The notes below the pieces were generated by a model. It had not been told where the DNA came from. It saw only the letters and a program-made list of their open reading frames with translations, and did no database searches. A program made the position numbers and the translations under genes. Below are positions 61,516 through 64,000 of a DNA stretch of 64,000 nucleotides, one piece after another; the stretch's first letter is position 1; each line of letters opens with the position of its first letter. Origin of the DNA: the human T2T-CHM13v2.0 reference genome, Homo sapiens; assembly GCF_009914755.1 (NCBI RefSeq), contig NC_060947.1; one strand, 5' to 3'.

Positions 61516-62639
61516 AGGAAATAAACCAGATGAATGTGATTTGATATGACCAATGTGAGGTCCCATCACTCATTAGTATGTGTCTGGAAGGCCCACGGTT
61601 AGGCTCCATCTTCTGTAGGACACCAGCAGTCTTCCGACTGTTCTCAGGAGTACTCTGGCAGTCTGTAGAATTACCTCAGGTGACCATGGGGAGCACTGGA
61701 GGAGGGGCACGACAGATGCAGTTTTTTCCCCATTACGTCGCACCATCATTTTACCAGTCAAAACAAGTCCCCAGTGGGTGCAGTGTGGGAGGAGATTGGG
61801 CACTGTGTGGTGGGAACTGTCTCCAAGCACCCTGTTACCGGGGAACCCTGACTCCATGAATGTTTTAGCTTTGCTGCATGTGGGACTGCAAGTACAGTGT
61901 CTCCATCACCAAGAGCATGGGCTGTAACTCACAGTTCAATAGGACCCCCTAGATTTGTAGTTGGTGACAGTGGCTCTTAGACTGCATTGCTGTAATGGAA
62001 GGATCCTTGCCTCAGATCAACCAGGGACTGTATCTTGGCTCCCTCTTGTGCTGGCGATGCAACCTCAGAATGGTGATCACACCACTCACCTTGATCCGGA
62101 TGGTGGAATAATAAAACAAAAACATGTGACGCTCCTGTAACACAGCAGGCTGTGTAACATTTCATGGAGCTAAGTACAAATGTTGCTGCCTCTGTAAGGC
62201 TGCCCAGGATTCACGGGAACATAGCACCAGAGAGATTGAGGACAGGTGGGGCAGAAAAACAAGCTTAATCTCTTGCTCACTCGCACAGTCCAATGGTCTT
62301 CTGTTCACCAGAAGTGCTGGGTGAGCCTGGAGCCGTGGAATTTCTGACCCCACACCTTCTTCTGAGGCACTGTCGACTTTACTTTACCGACCTACCTGAG
62401 ACGTCTCTCAGGCACGGGGATTGTGAGGTGATGTAAACGCGGGTCGGGGGGAGGTGTAAGCAAAGGAGAAGAACTCATAACTCGGTCACGGTCATATTTC
62501 AGAAACGAAGGTGTAAAGCTGACGACCCATGCCTTCCCCTATTGCTGACCTGTCTTTCCCCATTCCTGCATGTGATTGCCCTGCATGCTCAAATGGTTCA
62601 TCATGCAATGGGTAATGGGCCTGCTCTTGAGATGCATGA

Positions 62640-63062
62640 GCATCTGTTTTGTGTCGCTGTAACAGAATACATGAGACTGCGTGATTTATAAATAAAAAAA
62701 TATTTATTTAGCTCATGGTTCTGCAGGCTGGGAAGTTGAAGGGCATGGCCCTAGCTTCAGGCGAGGGCTTGTGTGCTGTGTCATAATGTGGTGAGGAAGG
62801 TCAAGGGGGAAGTGGACACATGCAATGAGAGAAAACCTGAGGGGCATCCTGGCTGTATAGCAACCTACTATCTTGGGCACTTTGTCCATTCCTGCGAGCA
62901 CTAATCCAGTCTCGCCAGAGCAAGAACTCACTCACTACTGTGAGGAGAGCACCAAGACACCTACAAGGACAAAGGTGGAGCCCTCGTGACCCAAACAACC
63001 GTGCACTAAGCCTCACCTCCCAGCACCACCACCTTGGGGACCAAATTTCAACATGAGTGGAA
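62640..63062 (-). mobile_element. MST-type MaLR LTR
   Basis: tgtcgctgtaacagaatac.tgagactg.gt.atttataaa...ctcatggttctgcaggctgggaagt...accaaatttcaacatgag. Confidence 0.85.
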
Positions 63063-64000
63063 TCTCCTGTGTATACGGGGCTGGCAGAGGAAAGCATTTT
63101 CTGCTGTGAGGCTGCAGAGTCCACTGGCCTGCGCAATGGGGAAGGCAGGGAAGTCCTCATGGTCCATCCAACCCAAGAGGGCCTGAGGTGGACGATGGCA
63201 ACTGGAGGTCGAATCAGCAGTGGAGTTGTTCCTTTCAGGAGATGATGCGTAGTGCTGTGGCTGTGTGTGGGAGTCAGTCAGCATCTGGTGGGTAGTGGGC
63301 ATATGGTTCTGGGCAAAGCAGACTTGGACAATGTTAGGATCAGATTGGAGAGCCCTGGAGAGAGTGTGGTGCTGGGGAGAAGGGCTCCTTGTTGCTGAGT
63401 CTGGCTACCTTTAAATCCCATCTCTGCCACTTGGGTTTCAAGAGTGACTGCCAAGTTGTGCCCTATCCACCAGATTTCCCCACATCATTTCTTGTTTCAA
63501 CAAGTATTTGCATCCTAAATACACACATACAAGCACAAGCATGCCCATGCACATGTATGCACAGACTCTCCCTGACACTCCCTTACCAGTGCAATGACTG
63601 AGCTCATGGTTATGACAGCAGCTATGAAGGAACGAACACCCAACAAGCCCCCAGCCCTAGGGAGTTGGAACGCTGCTCCTCTTTTGGACTAAACATGGGG
63701 TTTAGGGCTAAACCCCATGATGTCAAGTCCTAGCCCCTTTTGGAGAAGCAGCAACATGGAGCTGAACTTCCCCCACTGAGTTAGGGCCCAGCTCAGGAGG
63801 ACAGAGCCATTGTGGGGAGATAGGTGGTACCTGTGCCATCGAAAAAGCTGCAGAGACATGGGATCTAAAGAACTCCATCACTCCATAATTAACAGCTCTG
63901 TCTGTTCAGTACCTATGGGTCTCACCGTGGCTGTTCCCCAGGAATATAGGAAAAGGGCTGTGGGACTTCCAAATGCTGTCGCCTACCTGAACCTTACCCC

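Noticed and set aside
63048-63302. ORFs next to the MST LTR
   Set aside because: They are short, show no recognisable homology and have no convincing exon structure.

Overview
Primate, most likely human, genomic DNA. It matches the Xq13 FAM226/FAM236/DMRTC1 locus, recognised from the spliced FAM236 protein; A versus B copy cannot be told apart from sequence. The first ~33 kb is almost all transposon. A fragmented class I ERV (LTR, env, pol, gag; minus strand) is split by Alus and by a full-length L1PA. That L1 hosts three nested younger L1 insertions, two carrying 3' transductions and one twin-primed. The same region holds a BC200 retrocopy, a MER53 and a possible old LTR-retroelement relic. 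At 34.3-35.1 kb a CpG island with a ~45-unit (CCT/GGA)n tract overlaps a disabled type I MAGE-like ORF (FAM226-type lncRNA). An intact three-exon, 79-aa FAM236A/B gene lies on the minus strand at 39485-40055. A decayed tandem paralog lies ~10 kb further on, and a third exon-1 homologue at 61.4 kb lets a longer ancestral first exon be reconstructed. The most novel signal is a chain of five splice-site-bounded minus-strand exons at 59.3-60.8 kb. It spells a decayed four-transmembrane protein with claudin/PMP22-superfamily-like signatures. Repeat subfamily names come from recalled consensus motifs, not from a database search.
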